Shown in pieces: positions 12,517 to 25,020 of a stretch of DNA of 57,005 nt; within the stretch, counting starts at the first letter, position 1; each line of letters opens with the position of its first letter. A program made the position numbers and the translations under genes. The stretch is taken from the NCBI RefSeq assembly GCF_001194135.2, contig NC_068985.1:42216660-42273664 (forward strand), given 5' to 3'. The stretch is from Octopus bimaculoides (Eukaryota). The notes under the pieces were generated by a model. That model worked only from the letters and a program-made list of their open reading frames with translations, had not been told where the DNA came from and made no database searches.

Positions 12517-13605
12517 CATGTGTCATGTGCTCAATATATTTACATGCAACAGAACAGGATATAAAATCAAAATGGACTAATAGAAGAGAAAATTCTTTAC
12601 CAAAGAATTGTCCCTTTATCTCTGGGATGGAAGAGAGAAGATTTCCCCCAAAGCCTACTGGCTCACTTTGACCCTATTCTGCAGGGCTTGATAGTATAGT
12701 TTGGTATACAGTATGGATGGAATGACATCTTGTTAAATAGTACAGTTTACTCTGATATGTCATGGTATGTTATATATAGTGATATGTTGTTAACATGAAC
12801 TGTTCAATAAAGTCAGTTTCTTGATTATCCATACACACAGGTCTGACACTGTTTGGTATATTCAAGTAGATTATGAATGGAAACATGATATATGTATAGT
12901 TAATCAATCAAACTGTTTGTCTACAACTTCATGCTAAGCTAGCCAAGGGATTAACACACCTCCCCAGAGATGTATGTGCAACACTTACTTACTGTCATGT
13001 ATTGTGCTTAGCAACAAACTTCATCTTTCAAAATAACAAAATGAAAGTGGATTATATGAATATGGTGTATTTGGGTTATATAGAGGACTGTTAATTGTCA
13101 ACCATTACAATCTCTATCTAGAAATTGATTTTATTGTGAAACATGCATTAGTATGTATGAAGTTTTGAATTATAATTCATAACCATCAAAACGGATTTAT
13201 CAGCCACTGTGTGTGCATGCGTATGTGTGTGTGTGTGTGTATTTATACTCTACCATCCTGTCTATGCTCTGAACCCCATTCCTTGTGAGTACACTCTGGC
13301 ACTTCACCATTATCTCTCTCCTGCTCTCTCTTGTAATCTTGCTGTCTCTTCATTGCTCTTCCCTCTGGCTGGGTAACCATATATGCTTCTACTCTTCAGA
13401 ACTAGCTAATTACAACTCTATTCCATCCAATACACTTGTCTCTCCTCTTCATTATCCATTCTGTGTCTACCTTTCCATAATCCACACTTACTACTAATAC
13501 CAATCCTTCATCTCCTGAATATTATCTCTCTTCAAGTCCCGTTCTGCATATAGTTCCCCTGACTTATAGATCTGCAGGATAAGCATCAATCACAACAATC
13601 ACCTA

Positions 13606-14556
13606 CAGGAGTTGGACAAAATAATGGAAACACCTAGTATCATAGCATCATAATTTTGAAATGTCTATAAAACCGTCAATAGTTTGTTTGGTTTTATGTT
13701 TTTTTTATTTATTCTTAGTGTTGCTTAATATGTTTTGCTAAAATTGCTGTTTCTTTTCAGATATTATCAGAACAAGGTAATTAAAATTCATTAAAATGTC
13801 AGATCTATCGGACTTTCAAAGAGGTCAAATTGTTGGTGCTTGTATGGCAGGTACTAGCGTAACGAAAACAGCCAAAATGTTTGGTGTATCAAGAAGTACT
13901 GTCTTGAAAGTAATGACAGCCTTTGAGAAAGAGGGAAGAACCTCCCTGTCAAAACAAAACTCCAGAAGGAAACTAAAACTTTCAGATAGTGACTGTCAGA
14001 CTCTTATGCAAATTGTTAGAAAGGATCACAAAAGTACAGCTCCCAAAATTACTGCAGAGCTTAATGACCACCTCGAGAACCCAGTTTCCACAAAAACTGT
14101 TTGTNNNNNNNNNNNNNNNNNNNNNNNNNNNNNNNNNNNNNNNNNNNNNNNNNNNNNNNNNNNNNNNNNNNNNNNNNNNNNNNNNNNNNNNNNNAAAACC
14201 TACAGAATTGGTCTCTAGAGCAGTGGAAAAATGTTATTTTCTCGGATAAATCATCCTTTACCTTATTTCCGACCACTGACCAATTATACGTGTGGAGACA
14301 GCCAAAAGAAGCATTTGACCCAGACTTCCTTCTTCGAACTGTTAAACATGGAGGAGGATCTATGATGATCTAGGGGGCTATATCTTGGAAATCCACCAGA
14401 CCAATGGTTTCCCTTCATGGCAGAATTAATAGTCAAGACTATTTAAGCATTTCATCTGATAAAATTCATCCCATGGTTCCGGAGGGAAATGCAATCTTTC
14501 AGGATGATAATGCACCAATCCACACAGCTAAAGTTGTTACTGAATGGTAAGAGGAA
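13606..14556 (+). mobile_element. Tc1 transposon, defective and 3'-truncated
   Basis: TA|CAGGAGTTGGACAAAATAATGGAAACAC left end. MSDLSDFQRGQIVG...VIFSDKS...VKHGGGS...FQDDNAPIHTAK with in-frame stops; a 90-nt gap lies inside the ORF. Confidence 0.9.
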
Positions 14557-14689
14557 GTGAGATTTAACATGGTACATTCTCTTTAGCTTATCACAAACCT
14601 ATGCTGTTCAATAAAACATTTGGTCCTTATTTTAAAGAGGGTAGGAATTTTTCTTTAAGATCTTACCTACTGAAAGAAAACCATCGTGT

Positions 14690-14975
14690 GTGCGTGTGTG
14701 TGTGTGTTGTGTCTGCCCAATGATCCAAGTGTTTGATTACTAATGTTGGTTTGTTTACAGCCCTGTAACTTAGCAGTTGTGTGTGTTTATGTGTGTGTGT
14801 ATTTATGTTTCCCCCTCCTCACTGCTTGACAACCTGTGTTGATTTGTTTATGTCCCTTCAACTCTGTGGTTAGGTGAAAAGAAACCAACAGAATAAGTAT
14901 CAGACCTAAAAAAATGATAAGTACTGGGGTCAATTTGTTTCACAAAACATTCCAAGGTAATGCTCCAGCATGGCC
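14690..14975 (+). mobile_element. SINE family B, degraded 3' parts
   Basis: cttgacaacc...gaataagta...ggggtcaatttg...gctccagcatggccaca. Confidence 0.7.
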
Positions 14976-15623
14976 ACAATACAATTCCTGAAAAGATTAA
15001 AAGATAAAGAATCCAGTTATTGGAATTTGCAAAAAAATCTTCACCATGAAAAGAAAACTGTAATTCTAGCAATACAGAGAATGGTATTTATAGTAATGAA
15101 TTCTATATGTGAAGAGGTTGTACAAAATCTGTATGCTGATAAGCAATTTTTAACTTGAACAGAGTATTCCACATCAACCCACCAGAAAATAACTGATGCT
15201 AGGAATGAGGATAAAATGATAAAAACTACTAAATTTTTATTCTATCAAAAAATGTAAAGATATGAACTTTTATGAGTTTTATTTTAGCTGATATTTTACT
15301 CAAAAGTTACCAGGTAACTATTTCTAAGATATGTTTTAGGTAGAAATTTGAATAAAGTGTTCTCATTAGATGATGCAATGTCTGTAATGGTAGATTGTTT
15401 ATCTACATTCAATGAACTACAAATAAAATATCTTGATTTTTAATTAATTTTACAATGTTCCCTAGATGTAGAGCTTCAGTCATGTTGTTCAAAATCATGA
15501 CAAAAATGTACTTGTTTTTATTCTTTTCTCTTTGTCTGAAAAGTTTTCCTTTCCTTTTTGACTTCTTCAGAGACAGCGGGGTACTTGACCCATGGAACCT
15601 TTCAGCTAAGAAGATGCATAGTT

Positions 15624-17186
15624 ATGGCCAAACCAGAAAGCTTCAGATTAAATTTATCAGACTCTAACAAATTTTTAGGTAATAATGATGATGATGATGA
15701 CGACGATGATGATGATATCCAAAGTGTTTGCAGTCAGTTAAATGATGATCAAGAAACTTATAGAATTTTGGATGACTCTATAACTCACTCTCAAGCAAAA
15801 CCTGATTTAAGCTCTGGTGATTATGAAAGAAAAATAGAAGGGAACTTGTTAGAAGCCCATTCTGGTAGATCTGAAGATTCAAAATCTTTATATTCAAGAA
15901 AGAGTTCCAATAAAAACATGGCAACAGTCCAACATGGTTTAGAAAAGTTTCCTAATGTGTACAATATTCATAGAGAAGACATGGTAGAACTGGTTCAGGA
16001 ACAAGCTTATCAGAGAGAACTACAACAACGAATTTATCACAATGAAAATGTTGACGCCAGATTTTCCTTCCGAAACCTCCCAATGAAAGATGCCAACGAC
16101 AATGAATATGATGATAGGTCTGAAAATAAAAATGGTAGTTGTGAAGATCTTTATGATTCTCTTGAAGCAAATGGCCAATATAAAGATGAAGGTAATGATG
16201 AAATCAAGACTTCTCAAAGTAAATTTGATGATCGTTTGGATCAATTCTACTTAAAGAGTCCTCACAAAGAAAATAAAGTTTTGGGACCCATAAAAGGGGA
16301 CCATGAGATTAGTGTTCAGAAATGGTCTGATGAACAACTATTCAATGAGTTTAAAAAGATAGCTGATGGGTATGATGAAAACAGTGTAGGAATGCATCAT
16401 CAACAGTCACCCAGACACACTTTGGAAACAAATAATAACTACTGGCAACTAAATTCAAATAATAAAAGCACAAAACATAAAACATATTCAGGTAAAGAGA
16501 ACATAGACTATTTACCTTTGGTTAGAAAACCAAAGGGTTCCTCAAAGCCCTCAATGAACTATGTGGAATTCAACAAATTCAATTATGATCAACCTATTAA
16601 GAACCGATCTTACAAAGACTTACATTCTCAAAAAAAAGATAGCTCTAAAACTGAAAGTTTTCATCGAAACAGCAGTTCAGGAAGAAGCGAACCTGCACTA
16701 AGTCATCAAGAAATAACAAGGCCTTTCCTTCAGAAAAAACCAGCTTCTGCTGAGGATCTGTGGAGAAAGCGCTCCACACAACTTGTCCATGAATTAGAGC
16801 GCAAGTTACCACCAGTTGGGAAGCTTCAAAAGTTTCCTAGTGACAGCAAAGTCAACTATCTGACTAAACCTTACCATTTACAACCATTGAAGCCAATTCC
16901 TCCCCCAGCTGCACAATCACCAAGGGATATTTATGGGAGTAATGCTCCATTGTACCAGACTAAAGTCATTGATTTGGATCCAATTTCTAAGGACTTTCTC
17001 ACAGACGATGGTCAACGCATAAGTGTTGACATCAACTTGAAGCTGCTTTCTCCATCAGCTTCAACTCATTACCATCATGCTGATGGTATCCAAACTTTTG
17101 GATTTCCACCCCCAGATAGCAACTATAAAGTCTTCCCAAAAATGGCAGATTATCAAAATATGGATGAAGTCTCCAATTATGAAAAG
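15624..17186 (+). CDS. JHY: JHY (junctional cadherin complex regulator / C11orf63)-like gene, large first coding exon (521 codons)
   Basis: Lies in a 552-aa open frame. A polypyrimidine acceptor (ttcctttttgacttcttcag) gives exon start 15571; ATG at 15624 has strong context (gttATGG); phase-0 donor AAG|gtaaga follows 17186. The low-complexity hydrophilic protein is assigned to JHY only by in-frame linkage to the downstream conserved exons. Confidence 0.8.
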
Positions 17187-18260
17187 GTAAGAATTATTTT
17201 TCCATTTGTTTCTTGACATGGTAATTCTTGTATAGCTTGCTATTGAAACAGAATCCCTTTCTATCTTGATGTGTAGACATGTCTACATATGTGTGTGTAT
17301 GTGTGTGTGTTTTGTGTGTGTGTGTGTGCGTGTGTGTCTGTGTGTGTGTGAGTATGTGCACATGTGTGTATGAATGTGTCCACATGGCTTTGGGGCAGGT
17401 GTGGACATGTGTCTGTGTGTGTGGATATGTCTCTTCATTTGTGTGTGTGTTTATGAGGGGTACATGTTTATTTGTGGGCAGTTCACATGTGTATGTGTGA
17501 GCACCTCTTCATATTTGTATCTACATGTACATGTGCAGTACACAGTTATACATGTGTGTGACCATGTCTATGTGAATATGTATGTAAATGTGTGTGTGTG
17601 TGCAGGTCTGTATGCTGGTGTGTTTGTATACATCTGCACACACTACTATTCTATATCAATTTCACATTTGATTGTGAGATAGTATGGCTGTCTCTTCCAT
17701 CATTGTCTCTTTATATTATGACTATCTTTACCATTACTGACCACAAATGGTAGGGATGTTTTTCCAATCAGTTACTGCAGATGTGGCTGTTTTCCACTGA
17801 CTACAATTGGTATGGCTGCTCCTCCCACCACTGACCATATTTCGTATAGATGACCTTCCTGCACTGACTACAGATTGTCTGACTAACCCGCCTGCCACTA
17901 TCCACTCAACTATGAATTGGGCTCAAAGCCTGCCTTTATGGTCATCAAAGTAATTCAGAAAAGGTAGAGTTAGGTGCTTAGCTCAGAGGTACCACATGAT
18001 GACCTAATGGTCAGTAGTCTAGCATGGTTTAAATCTGCCATCTGGCACTTGGTTGCCTTTAGCAGAGTCCACTCTATTGTAGTCATTCAACCCATATCTC
18101 CTGTCTGAATATACACCTTGAGTTGTTCTGTGTCCCGTCCATCTCCCCTAACCAAATGTGGAGACCTTTCTCCAAATAAGTCACAAAATATGTTTGTATG
18201 TAAGCAGGGTTAAGTTTAAATATGTAATATCAATGCATGCATGGAAAAGTGAGTGTTTCG

Positions 18261-18294
<34 letters not shown>

Positions 18295-18729
18295 AAGTAG
18301 AGTAGTTTGCTCCAAAAAGATCATGGTATAGGTACCTCGTAAGCATCAAGCATGTGCATGGCTTGTGTAGCTGACATAAAGTGAATGATACTTATCAACC
18401 AAATTTATTAATCAATATATGTTATACACTTCATCCCATACTGAATTAGATGCAGATTTCGAAAAAATGACAACTACTATACACCTCACAGTCTAGTAAT
18501 GAAGGTTGCTAATTACGCAATCATAAGTTAAAGGGTGTTGGGAATGGAGAAAGCAAATCTGTACTACATATGTTTCCAAATCACTCTGAACATATCATAT
18601 GTAACTCAAAGGTGTAACATATATATATATAAATAAAGTGTAGCTTTTCTTCAGGTTGGATTAGCTACGGGTGTAAGCCATTGTTGCAAGGAGAAAAGTG
18701 AAGAGTCTACTCACTTCAGCCACTGTAAA

Positions 18730-19120
18730 TACCTGTCCTGCTGCCCCTTGAACAATGTTTTGTTATGCACATTATATACAGGTGTTTAATAACTACAAAT
18801 GTATCCTGATATGTTTATGTAAGTGCTTACAGCACGAACCTTAAGGCAAGATTGCATAACCATTGCTATAGCTTTCAGTCAGTAGTTAAAGTTAATTGCA
18901 CCTCTGTGTCCTGAGACTCAGTATATTATGATATTAAATGGTCAATTGTACAACAAACTCAGTATATTATGATATTAAATGGTCAATTGTACAACATGCA
19001 AAACCATTTAGTGGGTATAATAACAGATGTTTCCTTTGCATTGCTGAAATCTTCGCTTTTATGGAATGTAAGAATAGTATTAACCAGTATGATGACCTGA
19101 TTATGAAATGTAAACATTGA
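18730..19120 (+). mobile_element. Penelope-like GIY-YIG endonuclease remnant with a 40-bp tandem duplication
   Basis: CPLNN...KARLHNHCYSF...IKWSIVQHAKPFSGYNNRCFLCIAE...LIMKCKH. 18916-18955 is repeated at 18957-18996. Confidence 0.7.
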
Positions 19121-19751
19121 TTATGCAAATTCACTCTTAATACTTGTGCTCCATCATCACTACTTTACGTAAACTTCCTTACTCTTTTTCTCTCTAGCCT
19201 CTCAGTTTTCCTAACTTTTTTTTTCCCTTCATTTTCATATCTCACACTGATAATTTACTATAGTTTTCTTTCACATCCCTTGGATTAAGTCCCAATGAAC
19301 TTACAATTACAACATCCCACAGAAGCCTCTGTCTGAAGTAATTATCCATGTATGCGTATTGATATATTTCATATTCTATGCATCCTTATATCTTTCTTTA
19401 TACTAAGCGTATTGATATATTCTATTCTATTTATATGTATTCATGCACTTGTTTATATTCTTTGCATGGTTTTTCTATATATGTATGTGTTTATATTTTT
19501 GGATCTTTTTATATGCACCATTTTTTTATATGTGCTAGTACTCATGGGTTCTGTAAATTTGATCTTGCAAAGTATTTATCTAAAGTCACATCTAATTGTG
19601 TATTTTTTTGTTTATTTTTTACATATACTTCTACAAACCTGGTGCTGTAATTCCAGTTTTATTGCCTTGTTCCAACAGATCTTACCTAGTTTGTCCTCTC
19701 TGTGCCCTCACATCCCCAATACCTATATTCTTTCCCCTTTAATAAACTTAG

Positions 19752-19959
19752 CCCTTTAGCATTTAAACTGGCTTTATCCACCCAAAATATTCAATCTGCT
19801 TTAAGTTGAGACTGGCCAAATCTGGCCCCTCACACCTATCCAACAATGTCATTCTAAAAATATATTGTCATGTCAACAGAATCTTGAAGCTACAAGATAT
19901 TTCAATGATTATGAATAAATAAGCATTACATTTAACAGAATAATCTGAATACTAAAGGG
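19752..19959. mobile_element. piggyBac-like MITE
   Basis: TIRs CCCTTTAG(C/T)ATT, flanked by TTAG (left, degenerate) and TTAA (right). Confidence 0.7.
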
Positions 19960-20255
19960 TTAAATACACTTTTTCCACTCACATGTTGGTGAAAACGAAT
20001 TTCATTGGTCAATTGACAAAGCTGTTTCTAACAACCATTCTGATGTGTCTGAAGTTAATAGATTCTTCTCTTGTCTCCTTGCAACAATGGCTTACACCCA
20101 CAGGTAGTCCAATCTCAAGAAAGGCTAAGCTGTATGTATGTGTTAGACCTTTGAGTTACATAAAGCATGTTCAGACTGGCTTGGAAACATATTTAGTATA
20201 GATTGGCCTTCCTCATTCTTTGCACCTTTTAACATACATCTATTTATCTATATCT

Positions 20256-20292
<37 letters not shown>

Positions 20293-20825
20293 CATCTCCT
20301 GCTCTCCCCCCCNNNNNNNNNNNNNNNNNNNNNNNNNNNNNNNNNNNNNNNNNNNNNNNNNNNNNNNNNNNNNNNNNNNNNNNNNNNNNNNNNNNNNNNN
20401 NNNNNNNNNNNNNNNNNNNNNNNNNNNNNNNNNNNNNNNNNNNNNNNNNNNNNNNNNNNNNNNNNNNNNNNNNNNNNNNNNNNNNNNNNNNNNNNNNNNN
20501 NNNNNNNNNNNNNNNNNNNNNNNNNNNNNNNNNNNNNNNNNNNNNNNNNNNNNNNNNNNNNNNNNNNNNNNNNNNNNNNNNNNNNNNNNNNNNNNNNNNN
20601 NNNNNNNNNNNNNNNNNNNNNNNNNNNNNNNNNNNNNNNNNNNNNNNNNNNNNNNNNNNNNNNNNNNNNNNNNNNNNNNNNNNNNNNNNNNNNNNNNNNN
20701 NNNNNNNNNNNNNNNNNNNNNNNNNNNNNNNNNNNNNNNNNNNNNNNNNNNNNNNNNNNNGACGAAGACAGGTGGTGTAGAAAACAAATAGATGTAATAG
20801 TATAACGCTCGGGAATTGAAAAAGT

Positions 20826-20861
20826 CTTTAACGTTTCAAACCTATGCTCTTCCACAGAAAG
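20826..20861 (-). ncRNA. Degenerate minimal hammerhead-ribozyme-like motif (Penelope type), probably inactive
   Basis: Minus RNA reads CUUU-CUGUGGA-A-GAGC-AUAG-GUUU-GAAA-CG-UU-AAAG. Stems I and II and a palindromic stem III are present, but the core is CUGUGGA instead of CUGANGA. Confidence 0.45.
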
Positions 20862-20961
20862 GAACACAGAAAGAAACAAGGAGAGACAAAACATGTGTGT
20901 AGTGGTCAGCGATCTATCATGGCGAAATATATATATGTATGTATGTATACATGCATGTATG

Positions 20962-20996
<35 letters not shown>

Positions 20997-21261
20997 TTGT
21001 ATGTATATGTATATATATAGTTGTATGTATGTATATATATATGTATATATATGTATGTATGTATATATATGTATATATGGAACCTGATGCAGGGATGTTA
21101 TAACCATAACAAATTGTTTAAATGCTTCATTTCTGTGTATGTACATATATTTACTCGATTGCTGACGTTTATTAATGGTTTCTCCCATTGTTTTGATGCA
21201 CCATTTTCTACTATTAATGAAATTGTTGCCATTTTTTGACAACATGGTCATGCTAGTATAT

Positions 21262-21400
21262 CATCATCGCCATCATCATTATCATCATTTAACGTCCATT
21301 TTCCATGCTGGCATGGGTTGGATGGTTTGACTGAAGCTGATAAGATCAGGAGCTGCATCAGGTTCCATATTCTGTTTGGTATAGTTTCTCCAGTTGGATG
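21262..21400 (-). mobile_element. RTE-family 3' tail fragment ending in (GAT)n
   Basis: catcatcatttaacgtccattttccatgctggcatgggttggatgg is the reverse complement of the 3' end at about 24960-25020. Confidence 0.8.
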
Positions 21401-22281
21401 CCCTTTGTTATCTCCACCAATAAGTTGGTTGTTATGTTTGGTCTTGGTTTTGCAGTTCGTAGGGAGTGGGTCACTTCATCTGGGATGGATGTTGCTTTGT
21501 CTTCTGACCACCTGGTCATGTCTTTTTGTGTCCGTATCATCCCTGAATGTTTTTTGGCTGTTACATGTTGCTGTGAGTGTGGCTTTGTATTTGTGTGGCC
21601 AATTTTGATGCTTCTGTGGTAGTGAAGCAACAGAGTTTTGTAAGTTAATTTAAGTATATTTAGTTGTTTTCTTATGTTAACCTGAGATATTTAGTTTTGA
21701 TAATCTGTGGATAATTGTATATCCATGGGTGAAAATGTTTCTGTCTATTCAATGTAAAAATTTTTTGTTAATTGCCTATGTGCAATTTATAATGTTCAAG
21801 CATTAAATTTCAGTATATTCAACATTTTTCATCATTTAGTACTTTTGCCCGTGCATATTAGTCATGATAAACATGTTAAATGTACTTATTTTGTAGTAAA
21901 ACTTTTGTTACAAGAAAGTTCTATATCAGTAAGCCAAATATCAGTAAAAATGTATCAGAATGTTCCTGAAAAATGGCGGTTAATTTATTCATGAAACATA
22001 TCAGATTACATTGTGTTTCATAGCATGTGAATATCAAAGGGGATGGCGTCATGTTTAGACTTGTCAAATTATTTTATTATTATCAGAATATCATCTTATC
22101 ACAAAACAAATAGCAGAAAACCCTGTTCAAATGATCTTGTATGTAAGTTTATCTTATTTTTATATTTTTTCTTATTTTTTGTCGGCTACCATACACTTGC
22201 CGTACACTTATATGTACACGTAGTACACGTACACATCCGTAACGTATGAGTAGAAAATAAATGGCTCCAAAGTTTAAACCA

Positions 22282-22757
22282 TTCTTTTACTCTTTTTACT
22301 TGTTTCAGTCTTTTGACTGTGGCCATGCTGGAGCACCGCCTTTATTCAAACAATTCGACCCCAGTACTTATTCTTTGGAAGCCTAGTACTTATTCTATCG
22401 TTCTCTTTTGCCGAACCGCTAAGTTATGGGGATGTAAACACACCAGCATCGGTTGTCAAGCGATGTTGGGGGGAAAAACACGGACACACANNNNNNNNNN
22501 NNNNNNNNNNNNNNNNNNNNNNNNNNNNNNNNNNNNNNNNNNNNNNNNNNNNNNNNNNNNNNNNNNNNATATATATATATATATAGATATACATATATAT
22601 GATAGGCTTCTTTCAGTTTCCATCTACCAAATCCATTCACAAGGCATTGGTCGGCCCGAGGCTATAGTAGAAGACACTTGCCCAAGGTGCCACGCAGTGG
22701 GACTGAACCCGGAACCATGTGGTTGGTAAGCAAGCTACTTACTACACAGCCACTCCT
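22282..22757 (-). mobile_element. SINE family B, full length (tRNA head, CORE-like domain, internal microsatellite)
   Basis: Minus head ggagtggctgtgt...ggttccgggttcagtccc (A/B boxes), then gcaccttgggcaagtgtctt. The internal (CA/TA)n is partly in a gap. Confidence 0.9.
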
Positions 22758-22799
22758 TGTCACAGTGGTGATTATGACCCTGCCTGCCAGGATTTCTAC

Positions 22800-23030
22800 A
22801 CGAAGCAGCAACACTCTTCCTAATGCCAACCACTTTACAGAGTGTACTGGATGCTTTTTACATAGCACCAACACCTGTGCTTTTTATGTGGCACCAGCCC
22901 TCGTGTTTTTTACATGGCACCAGAACCAGTGCTTTTTAAGTGGCACCAGTACTTTTTACATGGTACCAGTACTTTTTACATGGTACCAGTACTTTTTACA
23001 TGGTACCAGTACTTTTTACATGGTACCAGC
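22800..23030 (-). repeat. RTE 3' UTR fragment expanded into a 20-bp minisatellite
   Basis: Unit tggtaccagtactttttaca occurs 4 times plus a partial copy at 22941-23029, contiguous with tail-like sequence. Confidence 0.85.
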
Positions 23031-23310
23031 ACCAACAAGATTGCCAAGTACTGTGCAAGACAAGAAGCCCTCAACTGTGAGGTGGGGAGTAGTTTTGACG
23101 GGGTGTGGCTTTGTACCAAATGAAAAGTTTAAGGTATAGAGGGGGGCAAGTTTATATTCTAAAAGTGGGGATAAAGGAATGCTGAGATTTTCATTTCTTC
23201 ATGTACGAAAGTTATGGGGTTTGTCAGATGATAGCACAACTATACAGTTTACAACAAATACTGTTTGAATCCTGCAAATAATGTTACAGAATTTTTATGC
23301 CTTATATAAT

Positions 23311-23341
<31 letters not shown>

Positions 23342-23899
23342 CAAACACATACACACACATACACACACACACATACACACACATTAGATATTGGAAATGA
23401 ATGACCACTCAAGCAATGTGAAGACAAGGAGACAAACATACATGCACTTATAGTCACACATATACACACATACCATCTCTTTCTCTCTCTCTCTCTCTCT
23501 CTCTCACACACGCACACACACACACACACACACACAGGTGAAAGCAGGTGGCTTAATGGTTAAGGTGTTGCACTCACAATCTCAAGATTGTGGCGTCAAT
23601 TCCCAGACTGGCGTGGTTGTGTGGTGTTAATCTGATGACATAAGAAAATAGGTAGATACAATTGGTACTCAGTTTGACATACGTGTTTATTTCATCTATA
23701 TTAAATTTAATCCATTGTGCACTCTCCCGTTCCTCACTTTATACTACGATAGTTATTTTGCCTACCTCCATCTCTGAAATCATTAATTTCTTCCCCAGTT
23801 CTAAAATTATCTTTATGTGAACTTCATATAACAAATACCAGCTTCCACAATTCATTATATCACTCTACATTCTACTTGAAATTCCAGCTAACTGGGAAG

Positions 23900-25020
23900 A
23901 TAGTTTTTGTGTGTGGCGAATTGCTCAGGGGCAATAAACACTGAAAATGTGCAGAAAACCGCTTCTGTCATATGCCAGGGAGAAAAACTAGAAGTAGTTG
24001 ATAGCTTTCGTTACCTAGGTGACCAAGTCAGTAGGGAGGGTGGATGCTCTGAGAGTGTAGTTGCTAGTATAAGAATAGCCTGGGCAAAGTTCAGAGAGCT
24101 CCTACCTCTGCTAGTAACAAAGGGCCTCTCGCTCATAGTGAAAGGTAGACTGTATGACGCATGTGTGCGAACAGCCTTGCTACATGGCAGTGAAACATGG
24201 GCCATGACTGCTGAGGACATGTGTAAGGAATGAAGCTAGTATGCTCTGCTGGATGTGTAATGTTAGTGTGCATACACAACATAGTGTAAGTGCCCTGAGA
24301 GAAGAAGCATCAGATGTGGTGTGCAGGAGAGATGACTGTGCTGGTATGGTCATGTGTTGCATATGGATGAGGACAGCTGTGTGAAAATCATCACACCCTA
24401 GCAGTAGAAGGAACCTGTGGAAGAGGTAGACCCAGGTAGACATGGGATGAGGTGGTGAAGCACACAACCTTCAAATGTTGGGCCTCATGGAGGCGATGAC
24501 AAGCGATCGATACCCTTGGAGATATGCTGTGCTTGAGAAGACACGGCAAGCCAAGTAAGATCATAACTGTAGCCTATGCCAGTACAGCATTATCGGCCCA
24601 TTTAAGAGTACCCTTCAACCATTGGGCAATAAACTGCGCTTGCGAAGACCTGTTGAGTCAAGTGAAGTCATTGTCATGGCTGATGACATTACCGCTTGAT
24701 TGGCACCCATACCAGTGGCACGTAAAAAGCACCATTCGAGTGTGGTTGATGCTAGTGCCGGCTGACTGGTCCCGTACCGGTGGCACATAAAAAGCACCGT
24801 TCGAGTGTGGTTGTAACAAGCACCATTCAAGCATGCTGGTGGCATGTAAGAAGCACCCACTACACTCTCAGAGTGGTTAGTGTTAGGAAGGACATACAGC
24901 TGTAGAAACTTTGCCAGATCAGATTGGAGCCTGGTGCAGCCTTCTGGCTTGCCAGCCCTCAGTCAAACCGTCCAACCCATGCCAGCATGGAAAGCGAATG
25001 TTAAACGATGATGATGATGA
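23900..25020 (+). mobile_element. 5'-truncated RTE-clade LINE with complete 3' UTR and (GAT)n tail
   Basis: LEVVDSFRYLGD...IRIAWAKFRELLPLL...KGRLYDACVRTALLHGSETW...GRGRP...VLEKTRQAK*, then a UTR ending gttaaacgatgatgatgatga. Confidence 0.9.

Noticed and set aside
17187-17216. JHY as a single-exon 552-aa gene
   Set aside because: A strong phase-0 donor at 17186 and in-frame downstream Jhy-domain exons support splicing; the read-through is only 9 codons.
17690-17900. Extra JHY exon or protein repeat in a degenerate cactgac-containing repeat of about 33 bp
   Set aside because: The frames tested contain stops and I found no convincing donor/acceptor pair; likely an old minisatellite.
21400-21630. 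Possible RLE-LINE fragment (KRHDQVV on the minus strand)
   Set aside because: A single short motif with no zinc knuckle or endonuclease residues recognisable; too weak to annotate.
22941-23029. CRISPR-like repeat array
   Set aside because: The repeats are contiguous with no unique spacers, there are no cas genes, and the context is eukaryotic.
23537-23625. tRNA-like sequence (also the SINE heads at 845, 22700, 37550 and 41720)
   Set aside because: A/B boxes are present but there is no complete cloverleaf or acceptor stem; these are SINE heads.
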